In this document: one piece after another, positions 49,309-59,219 of the stretch
How the letters are laid out: the number at the start of each line of letters is the position of its first letter
How positions within the stretch are numbered: position 1 is the stretch's first letter
Assembly: GCA_963726255.1 (NCBI GenBank)
Contig: CAVSBL010000002.1
Location: 1,824,001 to 1,888,000, forward strand
DNA length: 64,000 bases
Source: Candidatus Bathyarchaeota archaeon
GTDB taxonomy: Archaea; Thermoproteota; Bathyarchaeia; 40CM-2-53-6
Reading direction: 5' to 3'
The notes under the pieces: generated by a model
Seen by the model: the letters and a program-made list of their open reading frames with translations, nothing else
Told to the model about the DNA's origin: nothing
The model's database searches: none
Program-made: the position numbers and the translations under genes

Positions 49309-50160
49309 TTAGGCCTCTACAATTAGGTTTCTGCCGACTGTACCCAGTGCTTTGACAACGTCATGTTTGCTCAGAAGGCCTACTACGTTCGATTCCCCGT
49401 CAGTTACGGGCAGGCTGCCTATCCCCTCGTTTATGATTATCTGAGCTGCCTGTGCCAAGTCTGCATCTTCGTGAGTTGTGATTGGGTTTGGTGTCATCAG
49501 CTCTTTCGTTGTAATCAGCGCGCCCTCACTCTCCGGTTTCAGGGGCGATATTTCATTAGCTACTTTAGGCGCCTTCTCTCTGATTGATAGAATGTTCGAC
49601 AGCGTCAAGATGCCCACTAACTCCTCGTCTATGACGGGGACGCTTGGCTGGCGGAAAATTATTGCGTGAGCCACGTGCACCGCTGGGTAGTTGCTTTTCG
49701 CGAAGATGAAGTCTCTGGTCATGAAATCAGCGACCCTGAACCTGTGAGGCAACTTCTGCGAGTAGTAGTGGCAGAGGTCTGTTTCCGTCATGATTCCTGA
49801 GAGAGGGTTGTCATTTGTGATTACGGTGTAGGCAAGGTTTTCCGTGTCGAACAGACGTGCCGCATTGAGAACCGGAAAGTCCCGTCTGAGGGTCGGGATT
49901 GACTCGGTGGAGGCTTCTGAGACTCGTATCTCTCCTAGGCTGCGTGTTGTGGAGTCCTCTAGGAGAAACTGGGCGATAGTCCTCTTGGATATGAAGCCGA
50001 CAGGCCGGTTACGTTGGTCCACGACTACGAGTTGAGATACTCGGTTACGCGTCATTAGGTCTCGCGCGGTCAGGAGTGAGTCGGACGGGCCGACCGTGAC
50101 TACCCATTCCGTCATCACGTCGGCGACTGTGTCCATTCGAGTTTTCTCGGGACCCGCCAT
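49309..50160 (-). CDS. CBS domain protein (4 CBS)
   Basis: VADVMT, VADFMT, KELMTPNP..GSLPV..GLLSKHD. Confidence 0.85.
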   Translation of the reverse strand: MAGPEKTRMDTVADVMTEWVVTVGPSDSLLTARDLMTRNRVSQLVVVDQRNRPVGFISKRTIAQFLLEDSTTRSLGEIRVSEASTESIPTLRRDFPVLNAARLFDTENLAYTVITNDNPLSGIMTETDLCHYYSQKLPHRFRVADFMTRDFIFAKSNYPAVHVAHAIIFRQPSVPVIDEELVGILTLSNILSIREKAPKVANEISPLKPESEGALITTKELMTPNPITTHEDADLAQAAQIIINEGIGSLPVTDGESNVVGLLSKHDVVKALGTVGRNLIVEA

Positions 50161-50312
50161 TAGTTGAATTCAGCTCCCGCTCCGCCTTTGCGGTGGTTAA
50201 CTCAGAATTTGATATAAGACAACTCAATGGTTACCATAACCGGTTTTCGCAATCGAAGGCAAATAGAAACTCGTTCGACGAATTGGGATGCGTTGAAAGA
50301 AGCGAAATCAAT

Positions 50313-51461
50313 CTACCGCATGATTCTTGAAGTGATTTTCATCCCTCTCGAACGCAAGTATCCGAGGAATTTCTCGCGAAGTGCTCCTCTAAAGGCGAGT
50401 TCTGGTGGAACGAGTCCTTTCTTGACCACCTCGCCTGTTCCGAGGATCTGTGCGGCTATTGAGCATGGGAAGGCTGTGGTGCGGGCCATGGATGTCATTC
50501 CCGCTCTCCCATCATAGTGGTCTATCATCTCATACCGACGGTGAACGCTCGCATTGCGCCTCCTCCCAGATACGTCGACTCTGAGCAAGGTTAGGTCTCT
50601 TTCTTTACCCAGACTGATTCGATCTGACAGAATCTTGCCTACGAGCTTTCGTGGAATAACTAGCCTCCCATCGAATCGGACTGGGTTGGTTTCGAGTAAC
50701 CCACATTCTATCAGAGTCTTGATTTGGGAAACGTGGCCGGGCCAACGGATTGTTTTTTCATCCATTTCACGTACTCCTCTTAGTGTTTGTACGAGGGTTG
50801 AGAGCCCATCGGTGTAGAAGCATTCGCATACTCCAATGGGTGGGCGGAAGGTTATCTTCTCGAGTCCAGTTAGGGCAGGGACATCTGTTACCTTTCCGTT
50901 CTTGACGATTCTTGCTTTCCGAAGATACTCTTCAAGCACCGCTTCAAAGGAGAAGACGATTCGATAGTTCAGCGGGGGCCTTGGCCGTTCTGGTATGCCG
51001 CCGACCTTTATGTGAACCTCGCGGGCCTCATCCAGCTGTTCTGCTCCAGCCATAGCGAGAAGGTTGGTTAAGCCAGGGGCCAGCCCGCACGCAGGTATGA
51101 TTGTAATCCCCCTTTTCCGTGCTGCTGAATGGATTTCTCTTTGTCCGAATCGCCATCCGAAGATCAAGTCAACAAAATTCACTCCCGCCCGAATCGTTGA
51201 TTCGATAGCATATTCACTCAAGCCGTGAGGCAGGGCCCCTACGCCAACATCAGCCCTCTTCAGAAGCCTGGCCGTAGCTGAGCGCCGGCGTACGTCATGG
51301 GCTTTGACCGATAGTTTGCCTGAATGGACGCTTCGCGCAAGGGCGTTTAGGCGGTTTCGATCAACATCGTAAACCGCAACCTCGTCAACAAGTTTCGACC
51401 TCACTAGATCCCGTGCTATCGCGGAACCCATCAAACCCGAACCGAAGACTGCAACCCTCAG
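50313..51461 (-). CDS. Saccharopine/lysine dehydrogenase family protein
   Basis: Rossmann RVAVFGSGLMG is reached only by extending to CTG at 51461; CGLAPGL, EKTIRWPGH, TSMARTT. Confidence 0.85.
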   Translation of the reverse strand: MRVAVFGSGLMGSAIARDLVRSKLVDEVAVYDVDRNRLNALARSVHSGKLSVKAHDVRRRSATARLLKRADVGVGALPHGLSEYAIESTIRAGVNFVDLIFGWRFGQREIHSAARKRGITIIPACGLAPGLTNLLAMAGAEQLDEAREVHIKVGGIPERPRPPLNYRIVFSFEAVLEEYLRKARIVKNGKVTDVPALTGLEKITFRPPIGVCECFYTDGLSTLVQTLRGVREMDEKTIRWPGHVSQIKTLIECGLLETNPVRFDGRLVIPRKLVGKILSDRISLGKERDLTLLRVDVSGRRRNASVHRRYEMIDHYDGRAGMTSMARTTAFPCSIAAQILGTGEVVKKGLVPPELAFRGALREKFLGYLRSRGMKITSRIMR

Positions 51462-51534
51462 AATTCATTCACCCTTCCCAAACGGTTCTCTTAGTGACAG
51501 AGGTAAGGGTAGTGATACTCCGAGATAGCTTGGG

Positions 51535-51690
51535 TTAACGTGCTTCTAGGATTGCTTCGATGTGCTTTGGAACGTTGGGCTCGTAAGAAACGCGGAGGAC
51601 CCACCGCATAATATCCTGCGTAGTCACTATTCCTTTCAACTCTTCGCCGTCAAGAATCGGCAACCGCCTGACCTTGTTCTTAAGCATTAA
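51535..51690 (-). pseudogene. 3' fragment of a CBS-domain gene, truncated at ~51690
   Basis: LMLKNKVRRLPILDGEELKGIVTTQDIMRWVL...AR*; the upstream CBS sequence is absent. Confidence 0.7.
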
Positions 51691-51787
51691 AATGTTATAT
51701 CCAATCTCTACATAACAAGAAATGGTTTAATGGCTAGGCTTTGCTTCTGGGACGATTGTCTCTGTTCCTTGCGAAATAAGACCTGGA

Positions 51788-52021
51788 ATGTCTTCATTTG
51801 AGAAGGAAGTGAAGATACAACTTCCAGCCGGCACTATTACAGGACTTGTTAATCAATCGTCAGTGATAGAAAACCAAAAACGTGTAAGAGCGGTCGTCGT
51901 GATTTTTGAGAAGAATGACGTTCGTCTGCTCTTCCCTAGCCAAGACATGCACCCATCCAATCCCGCTCTTGTTCCCATCGACTGGCTGAGAAAGCATGCT
52001 CAGGTCGATGGCAACCCGTAG
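51788..52021 (+). CDS. Hypothetical protein
   Basis: 77-aa ORF directly upstream of and co-oriented with the dcd relic. Confidence 0.45.
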   Translation: MSSFEKEVKIQLPAGTITGLVNQSSVIENQKRVRAVVVIFEKNDVRLLFPSQDMHPSNPALVPIDWLRKHAQVDGNP

Positions 52022-52030
52022 GCTACTTCA

Positions 52031-52617
52031 TTGATATTGGGGCACAAAGAACTTCTTAACGCATGGAAGAGGAAGGGCATACGCTTTTCTCCAGACATCG
52101 ATCCCAAACAAATGGAATCTCATCCATAGATTTGCGCTTAGGTTATGAATTTTACAAGTTCCAAAGTAGAGCAGGACACAAAATAAACCCGTGTCTTGAC
52201 GAGTTCAACTCCGAAGGCCTCTTCAAAACAGAAAATTACATTGGAAACGACGCACTTGGTAATCCCAAAGTCTTCACGTTGGCCGAGCACGAATTCATTG
52301 TTGGTTTCACGTTAGAAGAAGTTTTTCTCCCTGACAACCTAGCAGCGAGTGTCGAAGGACGTAGCCGATTAGCTAGATATGGCATTGCGGTTCGTACAAC
52401 CGCCTCTCACATTAACCCTGTTTTTGAGGGCCGAATCGCCTTAGAGTTCTACAATCATGGCCCCATCACTATTGAATTGAGACTAGGAATCGATCCCGTA
52501 TGTCAACTCATATTCTACCAAATGAAAACCCCCGTAAGCAAGAAAGTCGCGATTTGAATGAGTACGTTTATGCATCAGAAATCAGCCTACGAACGGCCCA
52601 AACAGGACTCTCAATAG
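52031..52617 (+). pseudogene. dcd: dCTP deaminase with a frameshift (~52112) and an in-frame TGA (52555)
   Basis: TTG 52031 MILGHKEL..PDIDPKQ, then a shift to GISSIDLRLG, EGRSRLARYG, FEGRIALE, CQLIF; the frame continues after TGA to TAG at 52617. Confidence 0.75.
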
Positions 52618-52851
52618 CGGAGAACTCCGGCGAGCTCCCCTCGTGGCCGTGATCGCATTAACCATTATCTTGATTACGGGATTCAAACGCCATACGAGTG
52701 GTTGAAGACCATTGCCTAGGAAAGGTAACCCCATCCTTAGAGCGCGGGTCCCACGGAACTATCAAGCGGCCGTTATACTTGAGGCTCGCAAACTTGGCAT
52801 CACGGTATCGGAGCATGTGCGTAACATTTTGAAAGAACATTTCGAGAGGGT

Positions 52852-53220
52852 GTGGCACACCTTCAAGCCCTCACTAGCCTAGCGAAGCAGTACATGGTCA
52901 CAGTGCAGCGCTCCAGGCAAGGACCCCTGAAGGCCCCCATGAAGAGCGAAAAGGCGGCTGGACTCCCAGGGGCGCCAAAACGGGACAGGCTCGAGCGACT
53001 TGTATGGCAGGCGGTCCAGGAAGCTGTGGCCTACAGCACGACAGAGGACGCCGCGAAGGGGGCGTCGGCCAAGCTGTTGGCACTTCGAGTCGCCAATCTC
53101 CTCATGGGCACAGAGTTGGCCATCCTGAAAGACCAGGACGATGCGTTCGTGGACGAGTTCCTCAAGGAACTGAGAGGTGACACTGATGAGCTGGAGAAAG
53201 AAAATCGAAAACGAAGTTAG
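52852..53220 (+). CDS. Hypothetical alpha-helical protein (possible mobile-element relic)
   Basis: 122-aa ORF, locally GC-richer than the adjacent dcd block; no motif recognised. Confidence 0.45.
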   Translation: MAHLQALTSLAKQYMVTVQRSRQGPLKAPMKSEKAAGLPGAPKRDRLERLVWQAVQEAVAYSTTEDAAKGASAKLLALRVANLLMGTELAILKDQDDAFVDEFLKELRGDTDELEKENRKRS

Positions 53221-53652
53221 GAACCGGAAGGCTGACGGCGAGGGAGAGGATTCTGGAACGGTTCTCAAAGTCAATTCGCTCAAGAGTTCCAGGAATAGGA
53301 GTATGGAGGCCAATGGCTCAATGAGCGAAAGTTCGCAGCTATGAGGCTTGATGTTCTTGGGTGGATGCGTATTTGTGTGGTACGCAACAACAGTTAAATA
53401 TCAACCTCAGCTAAGGGTGCGCGGCAATTTCCACGGGGGACATTGGAATCCATCCTGAGTGGGCTTGAATGGCGGATTTTCCTCTAGTGCCTGAAATGAT
53501 GCAAAATCAAGCAAATTTTGCTGCAATTTTGTTAATAATTTGGCGTAATGCGTTAAAAGCCATTAAATATCGTGAACAAGCGCATAGCGCAGTAGAGACG
53601 CTTGAATCGGGTTGAGTTCTAGCCGCGGATCCACAAATCGGAGAAATGATGA

Positions 53653-56600
53653 TTGAGAGCACCGAAGGGCCTCAGACTTGTTATTGCGCTGCTGCTCGTT
53701 ACGTCAGCGGTCGTTTCAATCTCCAGCTTCATCCCGCTTCCAGATGTCCAAGGCGTGCCGACACTGGTCGTAACACCGGTGGCAGCACCGCCGGGCTTTG
53801 GCACGATTGCGGTCACTGGTTCAGGATGGACACCTAGTGTAGCTTGTACTATTACGGCGACTGGAAATATTCTTGCAACGACGCCACCATGCAGCATTGA
53901 TGGGACAGGATTTCTTTCAGGTAGCTTCGCTATTGCCACATCTGCTTTTGTTGGGACCTACACATTAACTGTGCAGGACACAACAAATACCAAGACCGCG
54001 TTATTTACGGTGAGCAGGCCTCCTTATGTGGCGCTTAGTGTTTCTGCAGGATCCGCGGGGACTGCTGTCGCCATCACTAGTTCCTTCGCACCCACAGGTG
54101 CAACTACCACTGTTACCACTACTACCGCAACTTTCGGTGGAACCGGCTTATTCCCGAACGTCGACCAAGGCGCCTGCACGCTCAGTTCAATTCCCACCGG
54201 GCTATTCGCGCCGGGTGAGAGTTGTTTCATAGATTCAAGCGGGAGATTGTACTCAACTCAATTCGTTGTAAGTAGTGGCGCGACCCCGGGAGGTTATACA
54301 ATTAACGTTACCGGGTCGCATGGCGATTGGGCCACAATCGGTTTTGTCGTCTTCTCAACCGCTGCTTTCTCCTTGCACCTGAGCCCTAACTCAGGCCTAA
54401 ATGGTCAGGTGATTTTTGTCAGTGCGAGTGGCGCGCCCCCAAACACAGCTTGTAGCCTGCAGTCAAACAACCCGAACCTCATCACCTCGGTGACTGGCCT
54501 CGGGGGTACCAGTACGGGATCAATATCCGGCACCTTCAAAGTAGGCGCAAGTGCTGCAGGTAGGACGGGAGGGGTCGCGGACAACGTGACTTTGATATGT
54601 AGCTCAAGAACGGCTTACACAGACTTCTTCGTAACGCCTAAGATAGTTCTCACCCCTACGGCAAGCGCGGGCAATCAAACGGTATCGTTCACTGGTACGG
54701 GCTTCCGGGCTGATGTCGTGTTTTGCGCTGTAAGTTCAACTCCCAGCGCCAATAATCTCGTTTTCTCTTCGACCGGGATTTGCTCGGTTACTGGAACCGG
54801 CTCAGTCTCAGGCAGTTTCAAGGTAGACCCCGGAAGAGCTAACGGCATTTACAACATTACCGTGACGGGCCTGTTATCTGGCGGAAATGTGACAGGTCTA
54901 TCCTCGCCATTCATGTGGAATATTGCCTTCGCTAATTTCCAGAAAGTATCGTCAGCATTCGTATCAGTGTCACCGAGCCTCGCATCGCCAGGTTATGGTA
55001 CATTAGACGGGACTCCCGTCACAATTTCCGGCGGCGGATTTCCAACCGGAAGCTCCCGCAGTTGCACTGTTTCCTCCTCGAACGCCTCCTTCACCTTTGC
55101 CAGCAGCCCAGGTGTGACGTGCACCATATCGCCCTCGGGGACGGTTTCCGGTAGCTTTGCAGTGGCAGCGAGCTCGACCCCTTCATCGAATAATTCGACG
55201 GGCGCTTACACGATCACTGTCACCGACACGGTCACTCAGCCCTTCCCACCCACTAAACCCTTTGCGTCAACCACATTTGTTGTACTAACACAGCCTACGA
55301 TCGTCCCAATCCCAGCGTCAGGACCCGCGGGGAATCTTGTAACGATAACCACACCTGGCCCCCGAGTATTTCAGCCAAACTTCGACGCTGGTACATGCAC
55401 GATCTCCTCGACGCCAAGTAACATTATTACTACACCCAATTGCTTTATCGATAGCACCGGGAGGATCGCTTCAGCGTCGTTCACGGTTGGCACTGCCGGA
55501 GCTGGCGGATACACGATTAAGGTCACCGGTTTGCATGGAGATTTCGGCACAGCAGTCTTCACGCTGTCCACAACACCATTCTTAACCATCAACCCCTCGA
55601 CAGGTTCACCGCCGCTAGGCTCGCTGGCTGGAACTACTGTGACTATAAGCGGAACCGGCTTCTCATTGTCGGACACATCTTGCATCATCACGCAAATGCC
55701 AAACGATACAAATCATCCATTCTTCGTATCAGGCCAGTCCTGTTCAGTCTCTGGGGGAAGCCTCAGGGCAACGTTTGTGGTAGCGACCGGGGCAACGAAT
55801 GACACGTACACTTTGAAAGTGAAAGGAACACCGGCATATGACTCCCAGACGGTCCAATTCACAATTGTGCCTAGAATTGCGCTTTCGCCAGACTCTGGTC
55901 CAGGGGGAACCCAAGTAACTGTGACGGGTTCAGGTTTCAAGGGAGGCTTTGGCGTCGCTGCGTGCGCCGCAAATCCGCCATCTTTCCCTGTCGGTCAATT
56001 TCTGTCGGTGCCGGGGCCGGGCCAGTTATTCGGTACTCTTAACCAGTGCACTCGTTTCAATGACGGAACGATATCGGGAAGCTTCAACGTTTCGTTAACC
56101 GCTGCTCAGGGTGCCTACCTAGTCGTTGCAAATGCCACTGGAACTGATGCCGCCTCGGCTCCTTTTGCTGTTGGCGCAAGATTACTGACCATAACACCAA
56201 GCGCGGGTGGCGGATTGACGTTTGTAGATGTGACCGGAACAGGTTTCGTTCAAGGTGATGCCTCATGTGCCCTAACGACCAGTCCAGCGACTATATACGT
56301 CACCATGACAAACGTGTGCTCCATTACGAACGGAAATGTTCAAGCTTCCTTTGAGGTCCTTGCTGCCGCTCCGGCCGGAGTCTACAACGTAATTGTTACA
56401 GGTTCACCTAACAATGATATTGGCGTAGGAGTCTTCGCAGTAGCGTTTGTGACTACTACTACAACCACCTCGACATCGTTCACCAGCACGTCTACGCTGA
56501 CAACTGGCACCACAACTTTGACGAGCACAACCCAGGTTTCCACATCGCTGACAACTACCACTTATCAAACAACTGGTGCGTCAACTGAAACTTCCCAAAC

Positions 56601-56823
56601 GTTCACCACAACCACGATTCTTGCACCAACCACAACAACCTATACCACAACCTTTACACTCACAACTTTGTTCGGTACCGCGGTCACAACAGTGGTGGGT
56701 ACTATTACGAAGACGTTGGGTCAAATCATCCGGAGCGTAGAATCGACTTACTCGGACGGTTTTGGATTATTAGCGATCCTAATTGTTCTGAGCCCATACG
56801 TCCTACGGAGGCTATTTGATTGA
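53653..56823 (+). CDS. Large cell-surface glycoprotein with nine IPT/TIG-like modules, Thr-rich stalk and C-terminal TM
   Basis: Signal peptide; repeats of L.P.SG..G..V.I.G.GF each with a Cys pair; many NxS/T sequons. Confidence 0.85.
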   Translation: MRAPKGLRLVIALLLVTSAVVSISSFIPLPDVQGVPTLVVTPVAAPPGFGTIAVTGSGWTPSVACTITATGNILATTPPCSIDGTGFLSGSFAIATSAFVGTYTLTVQDTTNTKTALFTVSRPPYVALSVSAGSAGTAVAITSSFAPTGATTTVTTTTATFGGTGLFPNVDQGACTLSSIPTGLFAPGESCFIDSSGRLYSTQFVVSSGATPGGYTINVTGSHGDWATIGFVVFSTAAFSLHLSPNSGLNGQVIFVSASGAPPNTACSLQSNNPNLITSVTGLGGTSTGSISGTFKVGASAAGRTGGVADNVTLICSSRTAYTDFFVTPKIVLTPTASAGNQTVSFTGTGFRADVVFCAVSSTPSANNLVFSSTGICSVTGTGSVSGSFKVDPGRANGIYNITVTGLLSGGNVTGLSSPFMWNIAFANFQKVSSAFVSVSPSLASPGYGTLDGTPVTISGGGFPTGSSRSCTVSSSNASFTFASSPGVTCTISPSGTVSGSFAVAASSTPSSNNSTGAYTITVTDTVTQPFPPTKPFASTTFVVLTQPTIVPIPASGPAGNLVTITTPGPRVFQPNFDAGTCTISSTPSNIITTPNCFIDSTGRIASASFTVGTAGAGGYTIKVTGLHGDFGTAVFTLSTTPFLTINPSTGSPPLGSLAGTTVTISGTGFSLSDTSCIITQMPNDTNHPFFVSGQSCSVSGGSLRATFVVATGATNDTYTLKVKGTPAYDSQTVQFTIVPRIALSPDSGPGGTQVTVTGSGFKGGFGVAACAANPPSFPVGQFLSVPGPGQLFGTLNQCTRFNDGTISGSFNVSLTAAQGAYLVVANATGTDAASAPFAVGARLLTITPSAGGGLTFVDVTGTGFVQGDASCALTTSPATIYVTMTNVCSITNGNVQASFEVLAAAPAGVYNVIVTGSPNNDIGVGVFAVAFVTTTTTTSTSFTSTSTLTTGTTTLTSTTQVSTSLTTTTYQTTGASTETSQTFTTTTILAPTTTTYTTTFTLTTLFGTAVTTVVGTITKTLGQIIRSVESTYSDGFGLLAILIVLSPYVLRRLFD

Positions 56824-57860
56824 GATTGTCCAAGCGAGCACTGACTCTGTATCTCATCTTGTCACTTGCACTGGGAGCGGCGAGTTTATCCCTTGCCAGT
56901 CCGCAGACTTTGGTGCAAGGTTTCCTTACGATTACTTCCACATTTATCACAACGACAAGTGCCGGGACGGCTGCTATTACCTCTACAACAACAACCTCTA
57001 TCAGCACCTCCACCACGGCAACTTCGACTAGTACATCATCGACTAGCTTGACTACGAGTTTCAGCTATACGTCGACCAGAACCTTAACGTTCACGAACTC
57101 CAGCACTTCAACTTCCTACACCAGTACAGGCAGCACAATTACGACAACTAGTACCACGAGTACGCAGCCCCTGGCGACCTCAACGCAGGTTGTTGGGCCC
57201 ACGACTACTGTTCTTCCGTCTATCGGCTGCCCTGTGGCTTTTGCCACATCCGGCACTCCCCTAGAGCCTTATGCGAATTTCCTTCGGGGGTTCCGTAACA
57301 ATGAAATTCAGAACACAACTGCGGGGCGGATGTTTATGCAAACCTTCAATGGTTGGTATTACAGTTGGGCACCTTCAGTTACCTATGCGGCCTCTGCGAA
57401 TCCCTGGTTCCTTGACGCACTGCGGGTAGGCGTCTACCCGCTCATCGGAATCCTATACGCGTCCTACTTCTCCTATGTAGCTGTGTCGCCGTTCAGCGCT
57501 GAGGCCGGTGCGTTGGCTGCGGGTGTGGTTGCGGCGTCGCTGATCGGCTTGATCTATGTGGCTCCGATTGCATATGTCTGTACGCGCCTGATTCGTCGCA
57601 GAGCAGGGCTCTTCAGGGCAAAGAAGATGCATGTGTTCCCTGCCCTGGGATGGATGTCGGCTAGCGCCTTGATGCTTGGGGCAGCGTACCTCTCCGCGTC
57701 AGCATGGTTGATGGGAGTCGCCACTGCGAGCCTAACGCTCTCCTTCCTCAGCACGGTAAGCATTTTCGGTGCCCTAGCATTGAATTCAATTCAACCACCC
57801 CTGGCAAACCTATACACTATGGCCTTCGCAGCCAAGCGCATGACTCGTTCCCTGCGCTAA
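56820..57860 (+). CDS. Thr/Ser-rich surface protein with a CFI-box-CTERM-like domain
   Basis: GCPVAFATSGTPLEPYANFLRGFRNN..AGRMFMQTFNGWYYSWAP followed by TMs. Confidence 0.8.
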   Translation: MRLSKRALTLYLILSLALGAASLSLASPQTLVQGFLTITSTFITTTSAGTAAITSTTTTSISTSTTATSTSTSSTSLTTSFSYTSTRTLTFTNSSTSTSYTSTGSTITTTSTTSTQPLATSTQVVGPTTTVLPSIGCPVAFATSGTPLEPYANFLRGFRNNEIQNTTAGRMFMQTFNGWYYSWAPSVTYAASANPWFLDALRVGVYPLIGILYASYFSYVAVSPFSAEAGALAAGVVAASLIGLIYVAPIAYVCTRLIRRRAGLFRAKKMHVFPALGWMSASALMLGAAYLSASAWLMGVATASLTLSFLSTVSIFGALALNSIQPPLANLYTMAFAAKRMTRSLR

Positions 57861-58031
57861 GAAGTCACTAAGGTCCGCTTTTCTTTAGGTACTTCATCAG
57901 GTTCTCACGTGCCACCTGGATACGTACGTACTCTTCCCTCAGTTCCTGTTCGAGGGGTTGGAGTTGGTCGAGGTTCCAGACTGCTTCCGTGAGTTTTTGG
58001 ATAGCTATGCGGATTCGGTCGCTTCTACCGT

Positions 58032-58577
58032 TCATTTGACTGTGGATTCCAACGGGACGAATGTTTGCGTGTGGTGAACAGCTGGCATTTTTGCTATGCG
58101 GGTTTCGACGATGCTTGCTACTCGTTGTGGGGGCGGGTTGATCATGCTCCTTTCGACTTCGAGTTCAACCAGGATGTCTGACTTCCCGAAGAGTAAGTAG
58201 ACGCCGCGGACTTCGGGGATTTCGAGTATTTTCCGCATGATTTCCTGGGCTGTCCCCGCCTCGCTTGAGATGAAAACGAAGCCTTTAGCGGTTGGGCGTT
58301 CGCTTGGTGCTGCTGGGCGATTTTCTGATTCGATGGGGAGAATTGTACTCGTATCCACCACTCCGCCTGATTTCCTGACCTTTTCTACGACGAGTTCGAC
58401 GACTTTCCGCCTTGGGTCAAGTTCAGTTTCCTGGGACTCCAGGGCGACGAGTAGGTCGAATTTGCCGGTGATTAAGTGGACTTCGCGTACTTCGGGCAGG
58501 GCATTGAAGCGGTCCTGAAGGTCCTTCTCCTTGCCCGGTTTCGCTTTGACTAGGAGGAAACTTCTCAAACTGATCAC
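58032..58577 (-). CDS. Tandem Lrp/AsnC ligand-binding-domain protein (no HTH)
   Basis: Two copies: LPEVREVHLITGKFDLL and IPEVRGVYLLFGKSDIL. Confidence 0.85.
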   Translation of the reverse strand: MISLRSFLLVKAKPGKEKDLQDRFNALPEVREVHLITGKFDLLVALESQETELDPRRKVVELVVEKVRKSGGVVDTSTILPIESENRPAAPSERPTAKGFVFISSEAGTAQEIMRKILEIPEVRGVYLLFGKSDILVELEVERSMINPPPQRVASIVETRIAKMPAVHHTQTFVPLESTVK

Positions 58578-58782
58578 ACGCTTGTTTTGTGTCGCTTTTG
58601 AGGCTTTGGCGTCATATAAGTTTGAATGACCTGCAAGTTAAACCCTCAAATGAGATGCGTTTGTCGGCTGCCTGCAAGACGTGAGAGAACAAATGTCATA
58701 CCATGAGTGAAGTCGACGCGCACCTTGAGTTGGTTTCATGCTCGGATAATCAGCCCATTGCTTAGGTGGTTGGATTCGAGTT

Positions 58783-59090
58783 TTCTTCGCGGCTCATCAA
58801 GAGGTGGGCGGGTTCAGGTTGATGCCGACACGGGCACTGTAAAAGTAGAAGAGTGAACTGACGCGTCCGCGGATTTGCGGTTCAGAGAGAAGTTTGCATT
58901 GTCGAGAAGGCTCCGCTGACCTTTTGAAGCCAGTATTTACCTTCGACCTCTCGTGCGTGGTTCGCTATATGCAGTAAGGTTTCGTAGTCCCCGTAGCTAG
59001 TCTATGAAAATACAGGTTTTAGTTTGCATAGCGGGAAATTCCTACGGTTGAAATGGGCCTGCTCAAGCGCGAATGTTTCGAAGACCGCTG
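58783..59090 (+). pseudogene. Possible relic of a xanthine dehydrogenase-family molybdopterin subunit
   Basis: FFAAHQ, then after a shift VQVDADTGTVKVEE*, resembling the EVEVDxxTGxVKV motif; later EIPTVEM. Confidence 0.35.
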
Positions 59091-59219
59091 CACACATTGT
59101 GTCGTATGCGGGGCTCTACCGTATCAGGTCCGTCCCCATTGCACATCGGAAATGATGAACATCTGCTTGAGTAATGGCTAGTTAACTCATTGGGTTAAGC
59201 AATGTTCTGAGGCTTCGGC

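Noticed and set aside
56452-57170. ACN-rich low-complexity tracts as DNA repeats
   Set aside because: They are the codons of Thr/Ser-rich stalks in the two surface proteins.
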